Made by a program: the position numbers and the translations under genes | From: a virus | Length of the DNA stretch: 64,000 bases | IMG/VR virus record: IMGVR_UViG_3300045988_062648 | Location: 26,514-90,513 of that record | Strand: one strand, 5' to 3' | Notes under the pieces: model-generated | Databases searched by the model: none | Told to the model about the DNA's origin: nothing | What the model saw: only the letters and a program-made list of their open reading frames with translations | Part shown: one piece after another, positions 55,016 to 63,381 of the stretch | Numbering within the stretch: the first letter of the stretch is position 1 | How the letters are laid out: every line of letters begins with the position of its first letter

Positions 55016-56479
55016 TTAACCGAATTTAATATAAAGTTTATTACGACATCTACTACAAGCTGTATATATTAAACGTTTAATCTCTTCAGATTTAGTATAA
55101 GGTCTTCCATTTTTATCATAAAGAATATCTATTAAATCGACAAATACAGTATCATACGTACTACCTTGTGCTTTATGGCCAGTAAGCGCAAAACCATAAT
55201 CTAAATCTCTACTATATAAAATAGTACCATCACGTTTAATAATATTAGTTAGAAGTAGACAACTTTCTTTAAAAATATAATAATCTTTCCATCGTTGAGC
55301 ACGAGTTCTAATAGGACTTTTCTTGGCTGCATCAATTAAGTCATTGCTTATTTGAATATACTTTTGAATAGTATAATTATCACTATGGTCAATAATAAAC
55401 AAAGGAGTTGTTTCTTGTCCACCATGAATAGCAATAAACTTAACCATATATCCTTTTAGTTCATACTTTGGATGAGTATAATTTACAATATCCTTGACGA
55501 TATATTCCTCACTATTTTGGATTATTGGTGCCAACCATTGGTCAACTATTGTCGTATAACTAAGAATAAGGTCATTCTTATTTATAATAGTTTTATCGGC
55601 GTCTTTAATTATAGCATTACGAACAAATTTATTCCATGCAGAAACACAATTATTAGTATAAGCTATAATCTTACAAAAATCTACATTAATAGTAAGTTGT
55701 TCATCATTAAAGTTATTATAAATAATATCAGAGAACTCTTTTACATTACATATTTGCCAACCTTTGATATAACTTTCATCATATTGTTGTCTATTACGTG
55801 CAATATAACTTATAAAATTAAATGTATTATTAGTAATATCTTCACGTAATACTTTTAATAAGTTTCGGACAGGATTATCTTCATCTTGTCTTACAATCTG
55901 ATTAAGTTTAAAGATTTTAATATGTTCAAAAGCACTACTTGTACGTTCATTTACCGGTGGAATTTGATGACCATCGCCAATATAAAGAATTTTACATCGT
56001 TTATTCTTACAAATCTTTTCAAGAAAAGTCTTTAGACCTTTGTTAATCATTGATGCTTCATCAACTATAAATAGTTTTAAGTCTGTTATTTTAATCTTTC
56101 CTTTAGGGTCAAAAGGAGGATTATTAATATCAAACTTTTCAACATCAAAATTAAGTCGAAGTCCAAGAGCTGATTGAAGTGTAATAACTTTACAATTACT
56201 ATTCTTTATACTTTCGCCAAGTACACGACAAGCCTTATGAGTTGGAGCACTTAAACCAATAACACTATAAGATAGATTACAATTAGTTATAAGAGCATTT
56301 ACAAGATATGTTTTACCAGTACCTGCTGCACCAACTAAAGCTCGTCTATAATCATTTTGGTCAAAATCACCATTAATGAACTCAATTATATCATCATAAG
56401 CGACTCTTTGGTCTTTAGTTAAATTGAGAATACTAACAGGATTTCTACCATTTGCTAAACTAGCTTTTGTTATTTCCAT
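55016..56479 (-). CDS. SF1 helicase, PIF1/RecD-like (AAA_30 + UvrD_C_2)
   Basis: Walker A GAAGTGKTY; Walker B-like LFIVDEASMI; C-terminal …GFALTGHKAQGSTYDTVFV… (the conserved HKxQGS motif of RecD/PIF1 helicases). Confidence 0.8.
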   Translation of the reverse strand: MEITKASLANGRNPVSILNLTKDQRVAYDDIIEFINGDFDQNDYRRALVGAAGTGKTYLVNALITNCNLSYSVIGLSAPTHKACRVLGESIKNSNCKVITLQSALGLRLNFDVEKFDINNPPFDPKGKIKITDLKLFIVDEASMINKGLKTFLEKICKNKRCKILYIGDGHQIPPVNERTSSAFEHIKIFKLNQIVRQDEDNPVRNLLKVLREDITNNTFNFISYIARNRQQYDESYIKGWQICNVKEFSDIIYNNFNDEQLTINVDFCKIIAYTNNCVSAWNKFVRNAIIKDADKTIINKNDLILSYTTIVDQWLAPIIQNSEEYIVKDIVNYTHPKYELKGYMVKFIAIHGGQETTPLFIIDHSDNYTIQKYIQISNDLIDAAKKSPIRTRAQRWKDYYIFKESCLLLTNIIKRDGTILYSRDLDYGFALTGHKAQGSTYDTVFVDLIDILYDKNGRPYTKSEEIKRLIYTACSRCRNKLYIKFG

Positions 56480-56938
56480 TTATTTCCCATCTTCTTTATG
56501 TATTACACCATATTCATAACCATCTATTGTAAGAGTTTCTTTAAGCTCGAACATAAGATGTTTATCTACTTTTACAACATAACCTGCACAAAGCCATTTA
56601 GGAGCAAAAGGAACATAATTTCTTTTATCTCCTGGAAATATAGTTGCATGATCTTTTGTTCTACAATAACAAATCCATTTATCTTCATTAGTATTACACT
56701 TATTGAAAACTTTTTCATGACCTTTTAGTTCATAGCTTTCATCAGTAAATTCTAATAAAAGTTTAGCAGGATAGTTATTAATAGTATCTTTAGGTTCAAA
56801 TTCAACATGAACTTTATAAATACTATTTTCAATAAAACATTTACCAACAACTAATTTACTAACTCTAACAGGTTTTATATTACTTACTTTACGAGGTTTG
56901 GCTAACTTTAAACCAAATGTCTGTATTATTTTGGTCAT
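56480..56938 (-). CDS. hypothetical protein (152 aa)
   Basis: ORF. Confidence 0.45.
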   Translation of the reverse strand: MTKIIQTFGLKLAKPRKVSNIKPVRVSKLVVGKCFIENSIYKVHVEFEPKDTINNYPAKLLLEFTDESYELKGHEKVFNKCNTNEDKWICYCRTKDHATIFPGDKRNYVPFAPKWLCAGYVVKVDKHLMFELKETLTIDGYEYGVIHKEDGK

Positions 56939-57252
56939 ACTCTAGCTCGTTTACTATTTCCATTTCTCTTAGTCTTATCAGTAAGTTTATGTTCTTTAGC
57001 AGAACGCTTACTATCACGAGCATAAGTCTTATTATTAGTAGAATTAGAATTTCCACCAATATAACCACCAGTACCAGCACCTCTTAAATGAATAAGATGC
57101 CAGCCACAATAATGCACAAGATAATCAATTTTACCCCAACGTCTAATACCAATTAGAGTATTAGGGTCATAACTAATACTCCTATCAGAATAATTAACTC
57201 GACATACTTGTGCTACACTTCTTAAATCTTTGTTTTCATCATGTTTTGCCAT
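56935..57252 (-). CDS. hypothetical basic protein (105 aa)
   Basis: ORF, K/R-rich C-terminus. Confidence 0.4.
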   Translation of the reverse strand: MAKHDENKDLRSVAQVCRVNYSDRSISYDPNTLIGIRRWGKIDYLVHYCGWHLIHLRGAGTGGYIGGNSNSTNNKTYARDSKRSAKEHKLTDKTKRNGNSKRARV

Positions 57253-57366
57253 TTTACAACAAATTTTAATTAAATAATTAAGTTAACTAACACTAAGTTT
57301 AATAGTTCCTCGAATTGGTTTCGCACCTACGCCAATATTACTATTACGTATTCGAGGATGATGAAT

Positions 57367-58221
57367 TTAATCTTTTAATTCATCTTCTGTAAATGCACTA
57401 AGAACGAAATTTCTAACAGCTTTTTCGGCATTACGATATAATCGTTTAGCTGTTTTAATATCTATATTCATAGTACATTTTCTTACGTCTTCAAGTTCAG
57501 CAGGAGTAAATGCTCTAACTGCTAAATCTTTAAGAATAGGATTCATACTATAATACCAACTACGAGCTTCATCAAGAGTTAATATAACATCTATATGACG
57601 CTTTATATTAGTATTTGGCTCTTTTGGTGCATTATCTGTATTGGGATTTACAACCCCCGTAGAAGAATGTGCATCAAGCTCATTTGCTTTTATAAGCTTA
57701 TATACAGCTGTACTTTCTCTTTCACAATTAACAATCAATTCATTTGCTTTATATTTAAGAATATTATCTTCATCTTTAAGACAACAATGACCCTCAAGTG
57801 CTCCAAATATACATTGATTACATTTAGTTTCATTATCTGGATGCGGAATACACTCTTCAAGTTTATATTTACAACCATTAAGGTTAATAGTATCACCAAT
57901 ATTCATTACAGGAATAGAACCAACACTTAAATCATGAATTTCAGTTTCTTCTTCAACTTTTTCCCAGTGCATTCGTTTATTAGCGTTGCATATCTTAAAC
58001 ATTTCGTCTTCATCATTAGCAGATAAAGTTGTAGCATGAGTTGCAAGTAAACACTCTCCTTTATTACCAAATATACATGAGCGGCAATCTGTTTTACCAT
58101 GTTCAGTATTTACAAGACTATAATTATCTCTATTTTGTTTTCTTTTTATTTCCTTTTTCATATTATTTCCTCCAATACTATCTGTTTTTGTATATTTTAA
58201 ATTCGCATATAAAAGGCTCAA
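57367..58221 (-). CDS. Cys-rich hypothetical protein (284 aa) with a duplicated C-terminal motif
   Basis: Several CxxC-like pairs. Repeated …LAVRAFTPAELEDVRK… / …FVLSAFTEDELKD…. Contains one extended motif copy. Confidence 0.45.
   Translation of the reverse strand: MSLLYANLKYTKTDSIGGNNMKKEIKRKQNRDNYSLVNTEHGKTDCRSCIFGNKGECLLATHATTLSANDEDEMFKICNANKRMHWEKVEEETEIHDLSVGSIPVMNIGDTINLNGCKYKLEECIPHPDNETKCNQCIFGALEGHCCLKDEDNILKYKANELIVNCERESTAVYKLIKANELDAHSSTGVVNPNTDNAPKEPNTNIKRHIDVILTLDEARSWYYSMNPILKDLAVRAFTPAELEDVRKCTMNIDIKTAKRLYRNAEKAVRNFVLSAFTEDELKD
57640..57671 (+). repeat. dispersed motif, copy 16 (forward extended ATTGGGATTTACAACCCCCGTAGAAGAATGTG; inside minus-strand gene 57367-58221)
   Basis: Core 57654-57665. 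The full intergenic-type extended form sits inside a coding region. Confidence 0.9.
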
Positions 58222-58300
58222 ATTAGCACGGTGGTATAATTATCCAGCCGAACCAATTCAAGCCAACACACAAAAGATATGATATGTCTACGAGCATATA

Positions 58301-58495
58301 TCAATCCAAACTATCTTGCAACATGAGAGCATAATCAGCCTCCATATCTTCTACATACTCTCTTTGTTCTTCAATACTAAGTTTATCAAACCAAGCATTA
58401 AAATCATCATTATCAGTTTTATCCATAACTATAAGAATAATATTATTAAACTCTCTATTATGACAACCGCTCCGAGAATACTTATAAGAAGACAT
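58301..58495 (-). CDS. small acidic protein (64 aa)
   Basis: ORF. Confidence 0.3.
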   Translation of the reverse strand: MSSYKYSRSGCHNREFNNIILIVMDKTDNDDFNAWFDKLSIEEQREYVEDMEADYALMLQDSLD

Positions 58496-58785
58496 AGAAC
58501 AGTATTTTGTTTTCTACAACCATCAACAATTATTTGAAGATCCTTTCGCTCAATAAGAAGATTATTAAAATCATCCTTTATCTTACATATTTCATCTCGA
58601 AGATTATCAACATTGTTTATAAGTTCAGAAGTATCATTTTTAAACTCATGTATTTTACGTTCAAGATTACTTATAAATTTATTCTTTTCACGTTCTTTAT
58701 CATCTTTACGAAGTATAATCTCTATAAGCTCATCAACAGTTTTTTGACTAAGGCTATCTTTATATTTTTTACTAACTTTATTCAT
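58429..58785 (-). CDS. coiled-coil protein with C-terminal transmembrane segment (118 aa)
   Basis: C-terminal LCLLISILGAVVIIESLIILFL. Confidence 0.4.
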   Translation of the reverse strand: MNKVSKKYKDSLSQKTVDELIEIILRKDDKEREKNKFISNLERKIHEFKNDTSELINNVDNLRDEICKIKDDFNNLLIERKDLQIIVDGCRKQNTVLCLLISILGAVVIIESLIILFL

Positions 58786-59141
58786 ACCACACTATATTTT
58801 CTATTATCATCAAGATTTTCTGCATTAAAATTAAAGTTTTCAATAGGAACAATATATTTAAAACGATATAGCATTCGTGTTCCATCAGAATAATATCCAG
58901 CATTGATAGTATTATTATCTACATACTCTCCAAGTCTCCAACCATTATAAGAATCAGAGCACATTACTCTATGTCCTTTTTCAATTATAGAAAATTTATT
59001 CCAATCTCTATTTTCTTTAGAAGGAAATAGAACACATTCACCGGCATCACTATATTTACCGTCAGCAGAAAAAACAAATCTACGTGGAGCAGTTTCACTT
59101 TTAAGTATAACAGAAATACGATTGTCTATTATTTTTTTCAA
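58782..59141 (-). CDS. hypothetical protein (119 aa)
   Basis: ORF. Confidence 0.4.
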   Translation of the reverse strand: MKKIIDNRISVILKSETAPRRFVFSADGKYSDAGECVLFPSKENRDWNKFSIIEKGHRVMCSDSYNGWRLGEYVDNNTINAGYYSDGTRMLYRFKYIVPIENFNFNAENLDDNRKYSVV

Positions 59142-59241
59142 ATTTTACTTCTCCAAATATAGAAGTATATAATTTAGTGCCTTTTGGAGCATTTTTAAGT
59201 TTTTCTATCAAATTCATATTAGGTCCTCCTTAATTAATTAT

Positions 59242-59376
59242 TTAATAATCAAAATCAATGTCAAGTTCTTCTTGACTATCTTCTACTTTACGTTCACCAT
59301 ATAAGTCAACGTCATCAAAATCCTGACTAAGACATTCTCCGTCCATAGTCACACCAGCAGCTTCAAACCAATTCAT
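59242..59376 (-). CDS. small acidic protein (about 44 aa, MNWFEAAGVTMDGECLSQDFDDVDLYGERKVEDSQEELDIDFDY)
   Basis: Hand-translated; not in the track (below 60 aa). Coordinates approximate. Confidence 0.3.
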   Translation of the reverse strand: MNWFEAAGVTMDGECLSQDFDDVDLYGERKVEDSQEELDIDFDY

Positions 59377-59444
59377 AATATTTATACCATTATTAAGTTA
59401 AACATTTAGTTATATAATAGTACAAATATAATGGATTAGTTCAA

Positions 59445-59475
59445 CATTTCTTCTACGGGGGTTGTATATCCCAAC
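59445..59475 (-). repeat. dispersed motif, copy 17 (reverse; revcomp GTTGGGATATACAACCCCCGTAGAAGAAATG; intergenic)
   Basis: Core 59450-59461. Confidence 0.9.
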
Positions 59476-59500
59476 TCCTATAACAACATTTAACTTAGTC

Positions 59501-59650
59501 CTAAAGAGCAAGTCTTACAGGACTACCTTTATAGCCGTTCTTAGTAAAGTTAATAACAGCAAGCATAAGTGCTCGTGTATAACTACTTGTAAATACAGTT
59601 ACATGAACTTGTTTTTCACTTTTACGTGAACTTTCAAATACGTACATCAT
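59501..59650 (-). CDS. small protein (about 47 aa, MMYVFESSRKSEKQVHV…)
   Basis: Hand-translated; coordinates approximate. Confidence 0.25.
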   Translation of the reverse strand: MMYVFESSRKSEKQVHVTVFTSSYTRALMLAVINFTKNGYKGSPVRLAL

Positions 59651-59690
59651 AATCTTTTGTGTTATTAAGTTAAATATTTAATGCGTTATG

Positions 59691-59849
59691 TCAATTATCT
59701 TTTGTATTAGCACAAAGCACAATATTACCAAGACATAGAAATACAAATGCTATTGCACAACCTATATTAAGATTAGCTGCACATAATACGCTTATTATTG
59801 CTATTATTAAGCACAATATGAGTATTGTATATTTGATTATTACTTTCAT
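59691..59849 (-). CDS. small hydrophobic/membrane protein (about 52 aa, MKVIIKYTILILCLIIAIISVLCAANLNIGCAIAFVFLCLGNIVLCANTKDN)
   Basis: Hand-translated; strongly hydrophobic; coordinates approximate. Confidence 0.3.
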   Translation of the reverse strand: MKVIIKYTILILCLIIAIISVLCAANLNIGCAIAFVFLCLGNIVLCANTKDN

Positions 59850-59940
59850 GTTTATATTCTCCTTTACTTTTATTATTATTTACTTCATTTTCAGTATTAC
59901 TCGTCAAACGTTATACGTTTATCTCGTGTCAAGCATTTAT

Positions 59941-60035
59941 GCGCGCACACGCATACGTACATTAGAGCCAATACCTTTAGGTATTGGCGGTTAAGCCATA
60001 TTAGAGGGCGTTCGCCTGGACGTGTGCGTACATTA
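59941..60035. other. GC-rich structured island (nested inverted repeats); candidate origin, operator or small RNA
   Basis: Local GC above 50% in a 28% GC genome. Outer inverted repeat cgcacacg (59944-59951) / cgtgtgcg (60021-60028). Inner perfect 9-bp hairpin gccaatacc-ttta-ggtattggc (59967-59988). Direct repeat cgtacat ×2. Confidence 0.4.
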
Positions 60036-60254
60036 TTATATAAGCAAATCGTTTCTCTTGCTAATATCTCTTCGTTCTTTATTAACTTTATTATATAAAC
60101 GAAGAATGGTATTATAAGCATCACGAAGTTTATCTTCATCTTTTTCATCAAGAGTAATATCATCACCAAATAGCTTGTTTATTCTCTCGCTGTGATACAT
60201 TATCGAATTTAACATTGTCTTGACGTTTATTTGCTTTATCATTTTCTTTTCCAT
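60036..60254 (-). CDS. hypothetical protein (72 aa)
   Basis: ORF. The overlapping 90-aa ORF 59897-60169 covering the GC island is considered spurious. Confidence 0.4.
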   Translation of the reverse strand: MEKKMIKQINVKTMLNSIMYHSERINKLFGDDITLDEKDEDKLRDAYNTILRLYNKVNKERRDISKRNDLLI

Positions 60255-60510
60255 GACAGTAAATTTAGTTGTTGAGTATTAATTTTAGTATTTCCAGCTT
60301 TATCAGTTAAATAAAGAACAAAGTGACGAATAACATAGTCAAGTTAGTTATTTAGATGATAAATTAGAGTAGGTTTGAGAGTAAAATGAGTGAAAAGAGT
60401 AATGTTAGCAGTATGATAAAGAGGAGTAGGAAGAGAAAGTGGAAGAGGTGGAGAATTATTAAGTTCTCTATTAGCTTCTCCACCTCTTTCTCCACTATCA
60501 ACTTCATGCC

Positions 60511-60747
60511 TTACTCTATTACCTTCACTTTGTTAACTATCAAATAACATGCCTCACAATTCAAACACTTAAACTTCCAATATCCACTAGACCAAGTGCT
60601 TGCAAGAGCTTCAAACTCAAGACCTTGTTCTTCATTCAGCTTATAAGCTATTTTATCAACAACATCAATATTCTTGATAACAGCTATTAGTTTATCAACA
60701 TCATTATCTCGGTCAATAAGTCTTACTACATAAACTTCTTCATTCAT
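60511..60747 (-). CDS. hypothetical protein (78 aa)
   Basis: ORF. Confidence 0.4.
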   Translation of the reverse strand: MNEEVYVVRLIDRDNDVDKLIAVIKNIDVVDKIAYKLNEEQGLEFEALASTWSSGYWKFKCLNCEACYLIVNKVKVIE

Positions 60748-60765
60748 ATCAAATCCTCCTGTTCA

Positions 60766-60975
60766 TTAGTCAACTTCATCCTCTGTAAGTCCTACTACAC
60801 CTCCTATTGCTTTCCAAGGTAAATACACAACGTCATTATCTCCAATAGTCACAGCAATTCCATCTTTATGAATATTTGGTTGATCTACAACTATAGTCAT
60901 TCCGACATATTTAACACCTACATTAAACTTACCTTTTAGAGCTTTAATTCTCTTTTTAGTTGTTCTAACTTTCAT
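60766..60975 (-). CDS. small protein (69 aa), possible AbrB/SpoVT-like swapped-hairpin DNA-binding fold
   Basis: Short basic N-terminus followed by beta-rich VGMTIVVD…IAVTIGDNDVVYLPWK. Tentative. Confidence 0.3.
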   Translation of the reverse strand: MKVRTTKKRIKALKGKFNVGVKYVGMTIVVDQPNIHKDGIAVTIGDNDVVYLPWKAIGGVVGLTEDEVD

Positions 60976-61096
60976 ACCAAGTCCTCCTTGATTAAATTAA
61001 ACATGATTATTAACTCTTGCGCCATTATAATTTTGTTCTATGCTTATACGAGACATGAAAGCAAGTTTTAAATAGTTATACGAAACATGACGCAGG

Positions 61097-61162
61097 TTTT
61101 GACTAAGTAGTGGATTGAGGTGGATTTTGACTATGTAGTGGAGTGAGGTTTGTAATATTTCG
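61097..61162 (+). repeat. left 66-bp direct repeat (two tandem 24-bp units TTTTGACTAaGTAGTGGAtTGAGG) flanking the GC-rich cassette
   Basis: ttttgactaagtagtggattgagg at 61097-61120 and ttttgactatgtagtggagtgagg at 61125-61148, then …tttgtaatatttcg. About 85% identical to 61977-62042. Confidence 0.7.
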
Positions 61163-61195
61163 TTGGCTATTTCGTTTGTGTTGGTTTGCTTGTAT

Positions 61196-61240
61196 TACTT
61201 TGTAAAATCTTGCAAGTGCTAAATAAATAGCACTTGCAAG
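61196..61240 (-). terminator. rho-independent terminator of the GC-rich gene
   Basis: Perfect 13-bp stem cttgcaagtgcta / tagcacttgcaag with loop aataaa (61209-61240). On the minus strand it is followed by ATTTTACAAAG. It lies 16 nt after the gene's stop. Confidence 0.6.
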
Positions 61241-61255
61241 ACTGATTAAATAAGT

Positions 61256-61840
61256 TTAGCGGACATTGAATGGGTTTGCTGTAACTGGCTGCATTGATTG
61301 CTGCACACTTTGCATTAACAATTGCTGCAAGAGTGCCTGCGCCATTTGGTTTATGTGTGTCGTGACTTTCTTAATCTTTGTCACGAAACAATTTGCCGAG
61401 TAAACGTCATTCGTCGCTTCTCTTTGCTCGCCCTTCTCCTTATAAACTCGCTCTATTTGCATCTCTGCGCCCTGAAATATGAACGCTACGACTTGCGGAT
61501 TAATGCGCTTGCCCATTGCGGCCGTCTCGAACATTGCAAGTTCGGGTACTTGCTGCCTTACTTGGTTGCAAAGTTCGTTCACGTTCAAGCCAAAAGTTGT
61601 GACGGCTGCTTCTTCGTTACTTTCATTAAAGCCTGCGAGCGGTGTTCCCTCAGTCACGAACGCCACACGATTGTCATAACTGCCCGCTATAACCTTTGCA
61701 ATCTTTACGCTTGCGGTGTAATCTTCGCCAAATGCACCTATCATTTCGGGCTGCTTTGCCTCCTGCTTTGCTTCCTGCTTTGTTGTGTTGTTCACTTGGT
61801 TTACACTCTCTTCCGCTGTTTTCTTTGCTCTTGTTGTCAT
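61256..61840 (-). CDS. hypothetical protein (194 aa) encoded by a compositionally distinct (about 45% GC) cassette
   Basis: ORF with a K/Q/E/A-rich low-complexity N-terminus (KQEAKQEAKQ). Strongly different GC and codon usage from the rest of the window. Own terminator. Flanked by direct repeats. The overlapping + ORF 61322-61990 (Cys-rich) is judged an antisense artefact. Confidence 0.5.
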   Translation of the reverse strand: MTTRAKKTAEESVNQVNNTTKQEAKQEAKQPEMIGAFGEDYTASVKIAKVIAGSYDNRVAFVTEGTPLAGFNESNEEAAVTTFGLNVNELCNQVRQQVPELAMFETAAMGKRINPQVVAFIFQGAEMQIERVYKEKGEQREATNDVYSANCFVTKIKKVTTHINQMAQALLQQLLMQSVQQSMQPVTANPFNVR

Positions 61841-61976
61841 AATTGTAATGTTTTAAAGATTAATAATAAAATGAGTAATAGCATGAGTAACAAAAGAAAT
61901 AACGCCTGCGTGTCTGCAACATCTTTCACCACGGCTTTCGTCCGCTTGCGCTTCTTCTTTTTGTTTTTCGTGCAGA

Positions 61977-62042
61977 GTTTGATTAAGTAGTGGAATGATG
62001 TATAGTTTGATAATGTAGTGGAGTGAGGTGGGAAATATTTCC
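61977..62042 (+). repeat. right 66-bp direct repeat (two tandem 24-bp units) flanking the GC-rich cassette
   Basis: agtttgattaagtagtggaatgatg and tagtttgataatgtagtggagtgagg, then …tgggaaatatttcc. Direct repeat of 61097-61162, 880 bp away. Confidence 0.7.
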
Positions 62043-62094
62043 AAAATCAATTGAATCTTCATTTTGTGAATGAGATTAAGCATGCTTATTTAAA

Positions 62095-62143
62095 AGAGTT
62101 GACGGGGGTGGTCGAAGAGCACTTATTTGACCCGGGGGTTTAG
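62095..62143. repeat. degenerate motif-related fragments (…TTGACGGGGGTGGTCGAAGAGC… and …CCCGGGGGTTTAG…GGCTCTCG…)
   Basis: The revcomp cgaccacccccgtcaa resembles the CTACCACCCCCGTAGAAG form. ggctctcg resembles the GCGAGAGTC/TCGAGAGCC flank of the reverse-class copies. Confidence 0.4.
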
Positions 62144-62190
62144 CTACAATGGCTCTCGTTCTCACAACTATACATTATATATTTTATTTT

Positions 62191-62235
62191 CATCTTCTTC
62201 ATCTTCTTCATTTTCTTCATTTTCTTCATCTTTTT
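62191..62235. repeat. tandem 9-bp repeat (CATCTTCTT ×2, CATTTTCTT ×2, CATCTTTTT)
   Basis: Five tandem 9-mers immediately 3' of gene 62226-62825 (minus strand). Confidence 0.6.
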
Positions 62236-62825
62236 TCCTTTTCTTTATTTTTATCATTCTCTTGATAAATAATAAAAGGAATATCTAATGTATTTTTAGT
62301 TTTAGGACAAACTATAACTGATTCATCATTTATATTTGCTGTAATTGGAAAATCATATTCTAAATTTGATTTATCTTTAAGTTCTTCTTTATTAGCTTCA
62401 ATATTATTATTATTAAGATTACCAACTAGCCAAGATAGTTTATTATAAGTTTTATTATTTGAAATACGATTCTTTGCTTTTTTTACTTCTTCTTTTCTAT
62501 TTACTTTAGCTTCTTTATTTATTCCTATTTCTTCTTTATATATTTCATAAGTATCAAAAGCATAATCTATAAAATCGTTTATTAATTCTTTAATTCTATC
62601 TCTTTTTTCCTTATCTGTTATGTTATCCTTTAATATTACTTTTGTGGCTACAATAACTTTATTATTTATATCTATTGTATTACAACCTGTTATAGGACTA
62701 AATTCTTCAGATGTTCCACATACGAATGGAAGATAAATACGAGGAATATCAGTATTATTTCTAACACTATTTATAAATTCTAGATATTTTTTACGTTCCT
62801 CTTCATTATAAAAATTTTGTTTCAT
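62226..62825 (-). CDS. hypothetical protein (199 aa), K/E-rich
   Basis: ORF. Confidence 0.45.
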   Translation of the reverse strand: MKQNFYNEEERKKYLEFINSVRNNTDIPRIYLPFVCGTSEEFSPITGCNTIDINNKVIVATKVILKDNITDKEKRDRIKELINDFIDYAFDTYEIYKEEIGINKEAKVNRKEEVKKAKNRISNNKTYNKLSWLVGNLNNNNIEANKEELKDKSNLEYDFPITANINDESVIVCPKTKNTLDIPFIIYQENDKNKEKEKR

Positions 62826-63231
62826 AAAGACTTAAATAATTAATTATACTACCTTTAAAAATATATTTTATATTAATAATATATTTATTTTTAACTCCAC
62901 TTTCATATATAATGTTGTTACTAATAAGTTCTTTAACTGCATTATAATATGTAGATTTCTTTAATTTACTATATTTAGTAAAATCATCGCTTTTAATATA
63001 AACAGTATTAGTATCAGATATTAGAATTAGTTTTATATATTCTATAAGAAGTAATGCTGGTCGAGTTAGTTTTGGAGCTATCATTGCAAGACTAATATCT
63101 TGCATTATAAAGTTTCTATCTTTAATATAAGGAGTTCTTATTATAATACCTTTATTAGTTCTTTCTTCTTTATAATCTAGAATAATATTTTGATTATAAG
63201 GAACTTTACTTATATAATCTCTTTTATCCAT
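62806..63231 (-). CDS. putative DNA-binding (winged-helix-like) protein (141 aa)
   Basis: …KSTYYNAVKELISNNIIYESG… HTH-like segment. Similar in style to the 36469-37089 protein. Confidence 0.35.
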   Translation of the reverse strand: MDKRDYISKVPYNQNIILDYKEERTNKGIIIRTPYIKDRNFIMQDISLAMIAPKLTRPALLLIEYIKLILISDTNTVYIKSDDFTKYSKLKKSTYYNAVKELISNNIIYESGVKNKYIINIKYIFKGSIINYLSLYETKFL

Positions 63232-63381
63232 TCGTTTACTATTAAAATCTTCTACAAATATACCACTAAAATTCCAAAATAATGGAATAATTACGTTAAA
63301 TTAACTTAAAAACTCCAATATAGTGGAAATTTTAGACTTGTAACTTATTGATTATCAGGCAGTTACAATGAGCAGTAATAT

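Noticed and set aside
54696-55019. A 107-aa plus-strand ORF
   Set aside because: It is antisense to the zinc-finger gene 54702-55013 in a block that is otherwise entirely minus-strand. Its composition is hydrophobic and low-complexity.
59880-59935. A sigma-70-like promoter (TTGACA…) next to the GC-rich island
   Set aside because: The spacing to the nearest TATAAC-like hexamer is about 11 nt, far too short. No Bacteroidetes-type TAnnTTTG -7 element fits either.
61322-61990. A 222-aa Cys-rich plus-strand ORF overlapping the GC-rich cassette
   Set aside because: It is exactly antisense to the 194-aa minus-strand gene, which has its own terminator hairpin. GC-rich DNA routinely yields long antisense ORFs. 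The Cys/Leu/Phe-rich composition looks non-biological.
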